Assembly: GCA_050633305.1 (NCBI GenBank) | Contig: JBOEGF010000010.1 | Span: 832,001-896,000, forward strand | Length of the DNA: 64,000 bases | DNA from: Nannocystales bacterium | Lineage (GTDB): Bacteria > Myxococcota_A > Polyangia > Nannocystales > Nannocystaceae | Direction: 5' to 3' | In this document: piece after piece, positions 20,955 through 29,842 of the stretch | Layout of the letters: every line of letters starts with the position of its first letter | How positions within the stretch are numbered: the stretch's first letter is position 1 | Position numbers and translations under genes: made by a program | The notes under the pieces: generated by a model | The model's database searches: none | Seen by the model: only the letters and a program-made list of their open reading frames with translations | What the model was told of the DNA's origin: nothing

Positions 20955-20984
20955 TTGACCCGGTGGGGTTCGTCCCCTACACCG
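20955..20984 (+). promoter_or_regulatory. Candidate sigma70-type promoter TTGACC-N17-TACACC overlapped by an inverted repeat
   Basis: -35-like at 20955-20960, 17-nt spacer, -10-like at 20978-20983; CGGTG...CACCG and GGGG/CCCC dyad across the spacer and -10. Confidence 0.5.
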
Positions 20985-21260
20985 ATGCGGTCCGCCCCTG
21001 GCGACGACGCGAGAACTCGCCATGGAACGCTTCACGACCCAAAAACGCACAGCGGCCAAACCGGCTCTTGTGCGGATGGTTGCGCCCACGAAGGGCCGCA
21101 ATATGGGCGCGTGTTGAGCGTTCCCGGGCGTTGTTGCTGACGTTGCACTTCGGTGTACAGGCGGCCTGCCCGGGCGCTGGGACATGCGAACTTCAACCCG
21201 CCCTGCAGGCGGCCGACGTCGTCGTGACGTCATCGTCGTGGGGTCGATTCCCACGGCTCT
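20985..21260 (+). ncRNA. Candidate structured non-coding RNA / tRNA-operon leader of unknown family
   Basis: No convincing ORF; nested complementary segments (e.g. GGAACGCT 21024-21031 with AGCGTTCC 21117-21124; TGACGT 21138-21143 with ACGTCA 21227-21232), cUUCGg tetraloop at 21148-21153. Confidence 0.45.
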
Positions 21261-21266
21261 TGTCTC

Positions 21267-21340
21267 GGTCTGGTAGCTCAGTTGGTTAGAGCGGCGGATT
21301 CTTAACCCGCAGGTCGAGGGTTCGATTCCCTCCCGGATCA
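21267..21340 (+). tRNA. tRNA-Lys(CTT), atypical, no encoded CCA
   Basis: Acceptor GGTCTGG/CCGGATC, D-arm GCTC-AGTTGGTTA-GAGC, anticodon loop TT-CTT-AA, T-arm GAGGG-TTCGATT-CCCTC. Confidence 0.88.
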
Positions 21341-21346
21341 CTGCGT

Positions 21347-21417
21347 GGGTCTGTAGCTGATTGGATAGCACTCGTCTGTTAAGCGAGCGCATGCGGGTTC
21401 GAATCCCGCCGGGCCCT
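21347..21417 (+). tRNA. tRNA-Asn(GTT), atypical (possibly pseudo), no encoded CCA
   Basis: Acceptor GGGTCTG/CGGGCCC, short D-arm GCT-GATTGGAT-AGC, anticodon arm CTCGT-CTGTTAA-GCGAG, T-arm GCGGG-TTCGAAT-CCCGC. Confidence 0.8.
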
Positions 21418-21459
21418 TCACATCATCGCGCCTCGGGATCGCTCCGGCTCCGGCTCTGG

Positions 21460-22647
21460 CTATTTCGGGGGCCCGAACACTTCGCGAAGGACCTCTTGCA
21501 CCCACGCTGCGTGCTTGTAGTCCACAGAGTCCGAACGCTCCCTCGGTGCGACCACGCGAACGACGACGTGGTCTTCGGGGTCGTGGGGCTCGGCGGGTCG
21601 CTCGACCAAATGGACTTCGGCCTCGCCCACACAGTCCTCTCCGCACTCGGGCACGTGAGAACCATCGGCATACGCCCGGACCACGTCGTCGACACTGATC
21701 TCGACCCGCTGCCCCAGCTCGACGGCGTACCCCGTGGAATCGAACTCTCCCAGCTGAACCATCAGAGCTGCGAGCCCGTTGAGCAGGTCTGTGGCGCGCT
21801 GGAGCACCTTGGGATCGCGAGGCAGGCCGTCGAGTTCGAGGTCAGGGCTTCCGAACCGACGCATCCCTCTGGTGCTCAGTCGCACGCCGTCGGGGTTCAT
21901 CTTGTCGATGAACGGGACGACGGCGATCTGCTCGGCGATGTTGCCCAACGACGACTTGAGCCGACGCTTGGTGAAGGTGTCGGTGCCCACCGTCTCGCCG
22001 GTGTCCGGATCGTGGATGAGCGCATCGCGCTCAAGCGCGACGATGCGGGTGAGTGTTTGCAGGAGGCGGAGTCCTCGGACCGCGTACTGGTTGCGGTACT
22101 CGGCTCGCAGCAGGAGGGCTTGGGTGCGGCCCGGCAAGCTCGAACGCTGCTCGGCGGTCAACGCTCGCGTGAGGATGGGGTCCGCAAGCGACGCGGAACC
22201 GACGGCGCCCTTCGAACCACCGACCGGGAGCATGTCGATGTTGATGCCGAGCAGGTCGCGAGTCGCTCGAGGTGAGCCGTCGCCGGGGCCAGCGGCCACG
22301 GGTGCGGGCTCGGTGGCGATGAATTCCAACAGCAACGCAAGCTCGGGCTCGTCGGTGGCGGTGGCGAGCTTGGCCTTGACCAACGCCTGGAGCGCTTCGC
22401 GGGTGGGAGCCTGATGTTTGCCCGGGGGGAGCAGCAGCAAGTATGCCTGCGACGTCCGGTCGGCAAACACGATCAAGTGCGGGTCGCCGGACTCCGGAGG
22501 CTCCGTGCTGGGGGATTCGTCGCCCGAGGCCACAGCGGGTGCGGCGGTCTCTCCCGTTCGCTGTCCGGCGGTTTGAGTCTCGTCCTGAGCGGGCTGCTTG
22601 GCACAGGACGCGCTCAGGGCGGTGAGGAGCAGGAGCGAGCGTTTCAT
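21460..22647 (-). CDS. Hypothetical lipoprotein
   Basis: [15 protein letters not shown] lipobox; [15 protein letters not shown] motif; ATGA-coupled to upstream dehydratase. Confidence 0.75.
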   Translation of the reverse strand: MKRSLLLLTALSASCAKQPAQDETQTAGQRTGETAAPAVASGDESPSTEPPESGDPHLIVFADRTSQAYLLLLPPGKHQAPTREALQALVKAKLATATDEPELALLLEFIATEPAPVAAGPGDGSPRATRDLLGINIDMLPVGGSKGAVGSASLADPILTRALTAEQRSSLPGRTQALLLRAEYRNQYAVRGLRLLQTLTRIVALERDALIHDPDTGETVGTDTFTKRRLKSSLGNIAEQIAVVPFIDKMNPDGVRLSTRGMRRFGSPDLELDGLPRDPKVLQRATDLLNGLAALMVQLGEFDSTGYAVELGQRVEISVDDVVRAYADGSHVPECGEDCVGEAEVHLVERPAEPHDPEDHVVVRVVAPRERSDSVDYKHAAWVQEVLREVFGPPK

Positions 22648-23624
22648 GCTTCGGCGTGTTCGGTGAGAAGGCGGGCCACGATGGCGGGGTCGACGTTGCC
22701 GCCCGAGAGGAGTACCCCGACGTGCGTCGGCGATCCGGGAAGGACCTCACGCATGGCAACCGCCAGCGCGGCGGCGCCCGAAGGCTCCAGCAGCATTTTG
22801 TGGCGGGTCAGTACGTGCACAAGTCCGCGTCCCATCTCGGAATCGTTGACGAGATGACTCCCGCGGACCACGTGTTTGGCGATCTCGAAGTTGAGCGCGC
22901 CCACTTGCACCGGCTTGAGTCCATCGCCCAGCGTAGGTGCGGGTTGCACGGAGACCCGCGTGCCCTCGGCCAGACTCTGCGCCATCGCGTCGCAACCCTT
23001 CGGCTCGGCCGTGTAGACACGGACGCCGGCCGCGGCACAGACCACGCATGCCCCGGCCAACAACCCGCCGCCGCCCACCGGGACAACCAGCGCATCCAGT
23101 CCTGCCCCATCGGTACGACTTCGAACCTCTTCGAGCAGTTCGAGGGTGGCGGTCCCTGCTCCGGCGACGATGTGCGGGTGGTCGAACGGCTCGATGATAC
23201 TCGCGCCGCTGTCCTGCGCGATCGCGAGTGCTCGCTCTTTGCGCTCGCTCGACGTTGTGCCCGCGAAGACGATCGTCGCCCCCAGCGCACGGACCGAGGC
23301 GACCTTGACCTTCGGAGCGTCGGTGGGCATTGCGATGGTTGCCGGGACGCCGAACCGTTGGGCTGCGAGGGCCACGGCTTGGGCGTGGTTGCCCGAGCTG
23401 TAGGTCACCAAGCCGCGCTCGCGAACCGCGGGCGGCAGGCGCCCAACCGCGTGGAGTGCTCCGCGAGCCTTGAACGCCCCGATGTGCTGGAGGTTCTCGG
23501 CCTTGAGCCAAAGCGTCACCCCGCGCTCCGAAAGCGTGTCGTCGCGAACCACCGGGGTCCGGCGAACCTGCCCCTGCAGCCGATCTGCGGCCGCCTGTAC
23601 GTCTTCGAGCTGGACCGGGAGCAT
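22644..23624 (-). CDS. PLP-dependent threonine/serine dehydratase (serine racemase-like)
   Basis: [54 protein letters not shown]. Confidence 0.92.
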   Translation of the reverse strand: MLPVQLEDVQAAADRLQGQVRRTPVVRDDTLSERGVTLWLKAENLQHIGAFKARGALHAVGRLPPAVRERGLVTYSSGNHAQAVALAAQRFGVPATIAMPTDAPKVKVASVRALGATIVFAGTTSSERKERALAIAQDSGASIIEPFDHPHIVAGAGTATLELLEEVRSRTDGAGLDALVVPVGGGGLLAGACVVCAAAGVRVYTAEPKGCDAMAQSLAEGTRVSVQPAPTLGDGLKPVQVGALNFEIAKHVVRGSHLVNDSEMGRGLVHVLTRHKMLLEPSGAAALAVAMREVLPGSPTHVGVLLSGGNVDPAIVARLLTEHAEA

Positions 23625-23665
23625 CCGTGCAAGGCTACCCGGTTTTGCGGTAGCGTTCCCGCCGC

Positions 23666-25699
23666 TTGGCTTCGTCGCTCGATAGATGGCTGAAGACCGC
23701 CCGGGCATGGGCGCTGCTCGCAAGTCTCGTCGTGGTGGTCATCTACTGCCTCGAGATGTCCGCCTCGGGCCCGTGGGATCCGTGGGAGACGCACTACGGA
23801 GAGGTGGCTCGGAACATCCTCGTGCGCTCCGACCCTGTCGACCTTTGGTGGCAGGGAGGCAACGGGGGTCCGCACGCCACGGCCGAGAAGAGCTTCGCGT
23901 CCAAGCCGGCCCTGCCGTTTTGGTGCATGGCGCTGTCCATGAAGCTCATGGGGGTCGGCGTGGGTCGAAACCCCGCCGAAATGGTCCAGCCGTTCTGGCC
24001 CGAGTTCGCCATCCGTCTGCCGAGCATGATGACGGGCTTGGGGGCGACGTTCTTTCTCGGCATGGTCGCTTGGCGGCTCAAGAAGCCGCGCGCCGGGATT
24101 CTCGTGGGACTCGTTCTTGCGACGATGCCGCAATGGGCGATGGCCTCTCGTCAGGCGCTCACGGACATTTACTTCGTCGGCCCGGTTGTTGTCGCCGCAG
24201 GGTGCTGGGCGATGGCTTGGTTGCAACCCGACCGCGCGCTGAAGCGTCGAGGGGCGGGCGTCAAGTCGGTCCCGTGGGATCGGGCCTACCTTGCCTTTCT
24301 GGTCGCATTCATCGTCGCCGCGGTCGTGCCGCTGGCGGTCGTGCATCAGCATGCCTTTGATCCGCTGACCTGGAAGTACTTCGGCGGCGATGCCGGGTTT
24401 GCCAAGGGTCTCAAGGACATCCAGAAGCACATGTTCGGCTACTGGGCGATTGCCGTCGTGGTGCTGCTGCGGAGCCTTCGCTGGAAGCACCGGTCGCAGG
24501 CATGGATGGGGATCCTCTACCTTGCCGCGGGCCTGTCGCTCATCGGCAAGGGGTTGATCGGCCCTGGCATCGTCGGCGCGATCGTCCTCGCCCACATCGC
24601 CGTGTCGTGGCGCTGGGGGCTGTTGCGCCGCTGCGGATTGGTCATCGGCACGATGTTGTTCGTGCTGCCGGGATTCCCCTGGCATCACGCGATGGTGCTG
24701 TATCGCGGTGACCGCTGGGTCAGCGAGCTCATCATCCAAAACAACCTGCAACGCTTCTCGACGGGTGAGCAGAAGCAAGCCGTTGGCGGGTTCGCGTTCT
24801 ATGTGGAGACGCTTGGGCTTGCGGCGCTGCCTTGGTCGATGCTCGTTCCCGCTGGGGTATGGCGCGCCGTCGAGGCGTTCAAGCGTGCCCCGGAGGACAC
24901 AGAGGACCACGGCGGGAAGGCGCTGCACCGCTTCGCATTCCTATGGTTTGCCGTGGCGCTGCTGACGATCAGCTACAGCACCACGAAGTACTATCACTAC
25001 CTCATCCCGGTGCTTCCGCCGCTTGCGCTGATGTTGGGCCTTTGGCTCGATGACCTGCTCGACCGAACGAAGCCTTCGTACGGTGTGACGGTGTGCGCGC
25101 TCGGGGGATTGGTCATCGGCGTCGCGGTTGTGCGGGATGCGATGCTCACACCCACCTGGCTCGCGCACCTGACCACCTACCTCTACACGGGCATGTGGAC
25201 CAAGGGGGCTCCGGAGGTGGACCGCCTGGCGATCACGGTGCTTCCGTTTGCGGTCGGACTTCTCCTGTGGATGTTCGCCCGTACCCGCAGGGCCCGGCGT
25301 TTCACCGTTGGCGCCTGGTTGCTCTCGGGTTTGCTCACGACGGGGTGGTTGATCGCCGACTACATCCCGGCATCCTCCGAGAACTGGTCGCAGCGCACCG
25401 CCATGCGGATGTACTTCGACGAGCGCGGGCCCGAGGACCGACTCGTCAGCTGGTGGTTCTACTATCGGGGCGAGACGTTCTTCACCAAGGCCGACATCTG
25501 GATGATGAAGAACCCCGACCGGAGTCGCCTTGCCGATCTTGTCGCCGAGCGAGAGGGCAAGGATGCCGCGTTGTGGTTCATCACCATCGAGCCGCACGCC
25601 AAGCGCTTGGCCCCGCAGCTCCCCACGAAGTACCGCGACGATCTCGAGGAGAAGTACCGCAGCTTTCACTACGTGATGATGCGGTTGCCGCTCGACTAG
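23666..25699 (+). CDS. ArnT/PMT-like GT-C membrane glycosyltransferase
   Basis: [48 protein letters not shown]; many TM helices. Confidence 0.85.
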   Translation: MASSLDRWLKTARAWALLASLVVVVIYCLEMSASGPWDPWETHYGEVARNILVRSDPVDLWWQGGNGGPHATAEKSFASKPALPFWCMALSMKLMGVGVGRNPAEMVQPFWPEFAIRLPSMMTGLGATFFLGMVAWRLKKPRAGILVGLVLATMPQWAMASRQALTDIYFVGPVVVAAGCWAMAWLQPDRALKRRGAGVKSVPWDRAYLAFLVAFIVAAVVPLAVVHQHAFDPLTWKYFGGDAGFAKGLKDIQKHMFGYWAIAVVVLLRSLRWKHRSQAWMGILYLAAGLSLIGKGLIGPGIVGAIVLAHIAVSWRWGLLRRCGLVIGTMLFVLPGFPWHHAMVLYRGDRWVSELIIQNNLQRFSTGEQKQAVGGFAFYVETLGLAALPWSMLVPAGVWRAVEAFKRAPEDTEDHGGKALHRFAFLWFAVALLTISYSTTKYYHYLIPVLPPLALMLGLWLDDLLDRTKPSYGVTVCALGGLVIGVAVVRDAMLTPTWLAHLTTYLYTGMWTKGAPEVDRLAITVLPFAVGLLLWMFARTRRARRFTVGAWLLSGLLTTGWLIADYIPASSENWSQRTAMRMYFDERGPEDRLVSWWFYYRGETFFTKADIWMMKNPDRSRLADLVAEREGKDAALWFITIEPHAKRLAPQLPTKYRDDLEEKYRSFHYVMMRLPLD

Positions 25700-25808
25700 G
25701 TGGCGCGCCGGGCTCCGAGAGCGGAGGCGGAGGTCACATCGGCGTGAGGATGGCCTGGGCCGGCATGGGACGAATGACCGATGTCGACTCTGGGCATCGA
25801 GTCCATCC

Positions 25809-26300
25809 ATGGAGGGCGTGTTCTGTGTTCTCCAAATCCGGGAGGTGCTCTTGGGCGCCTCCATTCGTGTAGCGTTCACGTCGCTGCTCCTGTCTCCGAG
25901 CGCTTGTGATGACGACGGTGGTGGGTGCACGCCCGGCTACGAGACATGCGCATGTACGGCGGAGTCGGTTTGCCTCGAGGGACTGCAATGCCTCTCGAGC
26001 CGATGCGTGGACCCGAAGTCCATGCCCGAAGAGGACGACGGTGACGACACGGAAGCGGGGGGCGGCATGCCCGAAACCGACACTGGCCATGACAACGAGT
26101 CGGCCTGCGAGATGCTCCTGGATTCCCTCGAGTGCGCGCCTCCGGCCGGCGTGGCCCTGATCGACTGCGCGAGCTTCGGGTCCTCCCCGTGTGACCTCGC
26201 TGATTATTTCGAGTGCCTTGCCGACAACACGATGTGCAGCGGCGAGCAGCTCGACGCAAGCGGATGGACACAGTGCATGGATCTCGCGGTGTGCTCATGA
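25809..26300 (+). CDS. Cys-rich (lipo)protein
   Basis: LLLSPSA-C then CTPGYETCAC..CLEGLQCLSSRCV module; start uncertain. Confidence 0.65.
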   Translation: MEGVFCVLQIREVLLGASIRVAFTSLLLSPSACDDDGGGCTPGYETCACTAESVCLEGLQCLSSRCVDPKSMPEEDDGDDTEAGGGMPETDTGHDNESACEMLLDSLECAPPAGVALIDCASFGSSPCDLADYFECLADNTMCSGEQLDASGWTQCMDLAVCS

Positions 26301-27424
26301 CCGGCGCAAGGCGTGGCCTACTCGGCATGGTGCTCTTGGTCGCCTGCGGCTCTGCTGGAGAAACGGGGGCAGAGACGCAAGGCTGCGAACAGGGACAATG
26401 TCTGGGCGAGCTGGTCTGCCTCTCGGACCTCTGCGTGGACCCGCAGTGGGAACCCGAAGCGTCGACCGGGGCATCGGGGCCCGAGCCCTCCGGCTCGTCG
26501 GGGCCAGCCACGTCGCAGAGCTCGACGTCCGGTCCAAGCGGAGGCACAGAGACAGGGGACGGCCAGACGGGCTCGGCGAGCTCTGGTGAGAGCGTGAGCT
26601 GTGGAGCGGTCGACGTCTTGGTGTTGATCGACAACTCGATTTCGATGGCTGCGAAGCAACAGCGGGTCGAGGCCGCGCTGGGTCCGTTCTTCGACGCGCT
26701 CGAGGTGGCGACGGGGGACAACGCGCACCACGTGATGATCATCGACAGTGATGCGTGGCCCTTCGCGGAATGCGAGCTGACGCTGTGCCCGGTGGTCGGC
26801 GGGTGTTGGCCGGTGTGGCCGGAGTACGTTTGCGGAGAAACGACACCGATGGTCTGCGAGGACGTCCTCGGGGCAGGGGTCACGCATCCCCGCGGCGTCG
26901 ATGCGGCGAACACCGACTGCGCTCTTGGGGGGCAGCGTTTCACGCGTCTGTCCGAAGATGGAGCGCGCGACCGGGTGGCGTGCGCGGCTCGGGTGGGGAC
27001 GTCCGGAGGAGCGGAACGCCCAATGGATGCGCTTGTCGCAGCCGTTGACCCGCGGACCGAGGCCGGCGTGTGCAACGAAGGGTTTGCTCGCTCGGAGCGT
27101 CCGCTGGCCATCGTCTTGGTCACGGACGAAGAAGATGACCCCGAGGATTCGATGGGGACGCCCGCGGTCTGGCACGAGAGGCTGACCGAGAGCCGGGTTG
27201 GGCCTGTCTTCGTGCTCGGCCTCGTAGGCGATCATATTCGGGCCGAGACCGCCTGCACGACCACCAGTACCGAGAGCCCGTCTGGAGCCGAGCCGAGTCC
27301 GCGGCTGTGGCAGTTCATCGAGCTCTTCGGTTCCGCCGGGGTCCTCGCGAGTGTCTGTGCCGAAGACTATGCCCCCGCGCTCGAAGCCTTCGCCCACACG
27401 GTCGGTGACAGCTGCGGCGGATGA
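26297..27424 (+). CDS. Lipoprotein with vWA-like domain
   Basis: LLVA-C lipobox; VDVLVLIDNSISM (MIDAS-like DxSxS), AERPMDA, VLVTDEEDD. Confidence 0.8.
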   Translation: MTGARRGLLGMVLLVACGSAGETGAETQGCEQGQCLGELVCLSDLCVDPQWEPEASTGASGPEPSGSSGPATSQSSTSGPSGGTETGDGQTGSASSGESVSCGAVDVLVLIDNSISMAAKQQRVEAALGPFFDALEVATGDNAHHVMIIDSDAWPFAECELTLCPVVGGCWPVWPEYVCGETTPMVCEDVLGAGVTHPRGVDAANTDCALGGQRFTRLSEDGARDRVACAARVGTSGGAERPMDALVAAVDPRTEAGVCNEGFARSERPLAIVLVTDEEDDPEDSMGTPAVWHERLTESRVGPVFVLGLVGDHIRAETACTTTSTESPSGAEPSPRLWQFIELFGSAGVLASVCAEDYAPALEAFAHTVGDSCGG

Positions 27425-27433
27425 CCGCGCCAC

Positions 27434-27470
27434 AAAAGAAGAGGCCGGCGGAGCGAACTCCGTCGGCCTC
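27434..27470 (-). terminator. Intrinsic terminator downstream of tRNA-Val
   Basis: GAGGCCGGCGGAG/CTCCGTCGGCCTC hairpin followed on minus strand by TTCTTTT. Confidence 0.75.
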
Positions 27471-27473
27471 GAG

Positions 27474-27547
27474 TAGGCGGAACTGGACTTGAACCAGCGA
27501 CCACCGCGATGTAAACACGGTGCTCTAACCAACTGAGCTACCCGCCT
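27474..27547 (-). tRNA. tRNA-Val(TAC), no encoded CCA
   Basis: Reverse complement AGGCGGG-TA-GCTCAGTTGGTTAGAGC-A-CCGTG-TTTACAT-CGCGG-TGGTC-GCTGG-TTCAAGT-CCAGT-TCCGCCT-A. Confidence 0.95.
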
Positions 27548-27605
27548 ATGTGGGGCGTGGAGGCTAGCTGGAGGCGGGCGGTGGGTCAACCCGCAGGGGC
27601 CAGAT

Positions 27606-28118
27606 TCACAACTCGCCAACGCAGCGCAGAACGGTGCGTTGGGCGTCCGGGAGGGCGCTCAGGTGCGACGACAGGCTGGCTCCGGCGAGGACCAGGTTCG
27701 GTCGCAGGTCCACCATGGGGGTGAGCACGAAGTCTCGCTCGAGCATGGACGGGTGCGGAAGGCGGCACCGCGGATCCTCGCTGAGAGCGGGCGTCTCCTC
27801 CCCGGGTGCGAAGAACAGCAGCAGGTCCAAGTCCAAGGTTCGAGCGTCCCAGCGAACGCGTCGTTCGCGTCCATGTGCGCGTTCGATGTCGTGAAGAACC
27901 TCGAGAAGCGTGAGTGAATCGAGTCCGGTCTGGACCCGGAGTGCGGCGTTCAAGAACGGTCGCTCCGAGGGGCCGACCGGGGTCGTTTCGTACACCTTCG
28001 AGCGAGGACCGACGTCGATGGCCGGGCGCGCCTGTAGTTGGGTCACCGCGCTGCGCAGGGTCGCGAGCCGGTCACCAAGGTTTCCGCCGAGGGCGACGAA
28101 CGCTGTCGCCGAGGTCAC
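27606..28118 (-). CDS. folK: 2-amino-4-hydroxy-6-hydroxymethyldihydropteridine diphosphokinase
   Basis: FVALGGNLGDR, YETTPVG, FLNAA, RWDARTLDLDLL, LPHP...RDFVL. Confidence 0.93.
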   Translation of the reverse strand: MTSATAFVALGGNLGDRLATLRSAVTQLQARPAIDVGPRSKVYETTPVGPSERPFLNAALRVQTGLDSLTLLEVLHDIERAHGRERRVRWDARTLDLDLLLFFAPGEETPALSEDPRCRLPHPSMLERDFVLTPMVDLRPNLVLAGASLSSHLSALPDAQRTVLRCVGEL

Positions 28119-29068
28119 GGAGATGCGCTCGGCCGCGGGGGGCCAGGGGAACGAAGCTCTGCGGAGCCGCTTCGCTCGCGTGCGCTAGGGCTGGAGAGCG
28201 GCGCGACAACGGTGAACGTGGCCTCGAGCTCCCCCACGCGCACGGTGGCGGTTGCCTCGACGTCCAAAGGCGGCGGCTGGGGGGCGAGGGCCTCGGGGAC
28301 CTCAGCTTGGGGTTCGTCGGGGACGGCGGAGGTCGGAGACTCGGTCTCGGTCTCGGTCTCGGTCTCGGGCGGGACCGCGGGTGGAGGTTCGGGGAGGGGG
28401 ATCCCCAGCGCGGCCTCCCCGGGGAGGCCAAAGTGCGCGACGCCTTCGAGGTTCGTTTTGGCCGTTGAGGTCCACGACCCGATGGACAGCTCGACCTCGA
28501 CGCCCGTCCGGGGACCGCTCGGAGAGGTACACGGTGTCCTCTCTCCGGTGGTGAGCTGATACGCACGGGTTGTGGCGACGCTGTCGCGGCTGCGCACTGT
28601 GTCGTACGCACCCACGCCGATGAGCCCGGCACCGAGCGCGGTGAAGATGCCGCCCAATCGATAACCCGTCGTCGTGTCTCGAGTTGGGGTGCCGCTGGCG
28701 GTCACGGCTCGGGGAGAGAACGCGTCGGGCTTGATCAAGGCCGCCAAGCCCACCGCGAGAATCGCCGCGCCGGCGCCGTACTCCCAGTACAGCGCGCCAT
28801 GCTTCACCGTGTTGTCGACCGCCTCCACCCGGTCGACGGGCGCGTGCAACACAGCACGACAGGTGCGGGCCTCGTCGAGCTGAATCTCGACCGTGCTCAG
28901 AGACTGCGACCACGCGAGGTTGAGTTCCCGGCTGACGACGCTCTTGGCCTCGCCGAGCCACTTGGGCTCGAGCTCCGGTCGGGGGGTGACGGTGATGGTG
29001 CTGCGGCTGTCGATCTGGGCGCAGCCGCTGCAGACGATCACGGCGGCGGCAAGGAGCGAGCGCCTCAC
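28115..29068 (-). CDS. Hypothetical lipoprotein/membrane protein
   Basis: GTG overlapping cyaY stop; AVIVCSG-C lipobox; two hydrophobic segments; (ET)n linker. Confidence 0.7.
   Translation of the reverse strand: MRRSLLAAAVIVCSGCAQIDSRSTITVTPRPELEPKWLGEAKSVVSRELNLAWSQSLSTVEIQLDEARTCRAVLHAPVDRVEAVDNTVKHGALYWEYGAGAAILAVGLAALIKPDAFSPRAVTASGTPTRDTTTGYRLGGIFTALGAGLIGVGAYDTVRSRDSVATTRAYQLTTGERTPCTSPSGPRTGVEVELSIGSWTSTAKTNLEGVAHFGLPGEAALGIPLPEPPPAVPPETETETETESPTSAVPDEPQAEVPEALAPQPPPLDVEATATVRVGELEATFTVVAPLSSPSARERSGSAELRSPGPPRPSASP
28340..28368 (-). repeat. Hexamer tandem repeat (CTCGGT) x~4.8 encoding (ET)n
   Basis: Directly visible. Confidence 0.8.
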
Positions 29069-29385
29069 AACGACACGGACATCCCAAGCTTCTCGCCGAC
29101 GTACTTGCACACCGTTGCCATCAGCTCGTCGCCCGTTTTCGCGGCGACCCAAGTTTCGGTCGCGGCGTTGTAGTCGAAGTGCCAGGCGTTGCGGTTGGCG
29201 GCCATCCAAACCTGAGTCGCCGCGCTGTGTGCATTGATGACGAACTGAACCCGGTCTTCGAACTCGAGCGTCAACACGTCTCCGGCGAGGTCGACGTCGA
29301 GCGTGTCGTGGTCGAGGTTGACGAGGCCGTCCTCGATGCGCTCGAGGGCAGCAGTGGCGACCTTGACGAACTGGGCACGTTCCAT
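29065..29385 (-). CDS. cyaY: Iron donor protein CyaY (frataxin)
   Basis: GDVLTLEFED..QFVINAHSAATQVWMAA...AWHFDY pattern, 106 aa. Confidence 0.88.
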   Translation of the reverse strand: MERAQFVKVATAALERIEDGLVNLDHDTLDVDLAGDVLTLEFEDRVQFVINAHSAATQVWMAANRNAWHFDYNAATETWVAAKTGDELMATVCKYVGEKLGMSVSL

Positions 29386-29402
29386 CGGGGTCGGACCTTA
29401 GC

Positions 29403-29681
29403 CTACTGCGGGTCCTTCGGCGCTTCGGCGGCGTCGGCGGCTGGCTTGTCCAGGTCCTCGGGGATCTCGACGCCCATCGCTCTCGCTTCGTCGGGGGTTA
29501 CTTCGATCACCTTGAACTCCTTACCGTCGGGTCCCGAGAACGAGCGCACGTTGCCCTTGGGGGCTTCCTGTGGCTGTGGCTGCGGCTCCTTCTTCGCGAA
29601 GAACGCTTGCCACGCGAGGACGCCGATGATGGGCAGGTAGATCCCGAGTCGGATCAAGATGCCCTTACGAGGCAGCTTCAT
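29403..29681 (-). CDS. Small membrane-anchored hypothetical protein
   Basis: N-terminal TM (ILIRLGIYLPIIGVLAWQAFF); plausible composition; co-oriented with cyaY. Confidence 0.7.
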   Translation of the reverse strand: MKLPRKGILIRLGIYLPIIGVLAWQAFFAKKEPQPQPQEAPKGNVRSFSGPDGKEFKVIEVTPDEARAMGVEIPEDLDKPAADAAEAPKDPQ

Positions 29682-29842
29682 GCCGCGGAGGTTGGCAGCC
29701 TGGCGCGGTGTGGGCAAGGTATGGAACGCGGTACGACCGACCCCTCGGTCCATGTGAGCGTGGTCCGGTCTGCTGGGAGGAGAAAAGGAGCGGGACGCGC
29801 AGCATCGCCCGCCGCCTCACGCACGGTGCGTGTACTGTTGGC

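Noticed and set aside
21181..21197. Resemblance of ACATGCGAACTTCAA to 5S rRNA loop C
   Set aside because: Only a short partial match; other 5S helices and conserved motifs not found
21130..21266. Y RNA (YrlA) or tmRNA assignment for the structured region
   Set aside because: No Ro60/rtcB gene in the window, T-arm-like element is last rather than in the permuted YrlA order, and there are no tmRNA termini or tag frame; left as unknown
27424..27547. tRNA-Val as integration site of a genomic island
   Set aside because: No integrase and no duplicated tRNA 3' end noticed; native terminator follows directly
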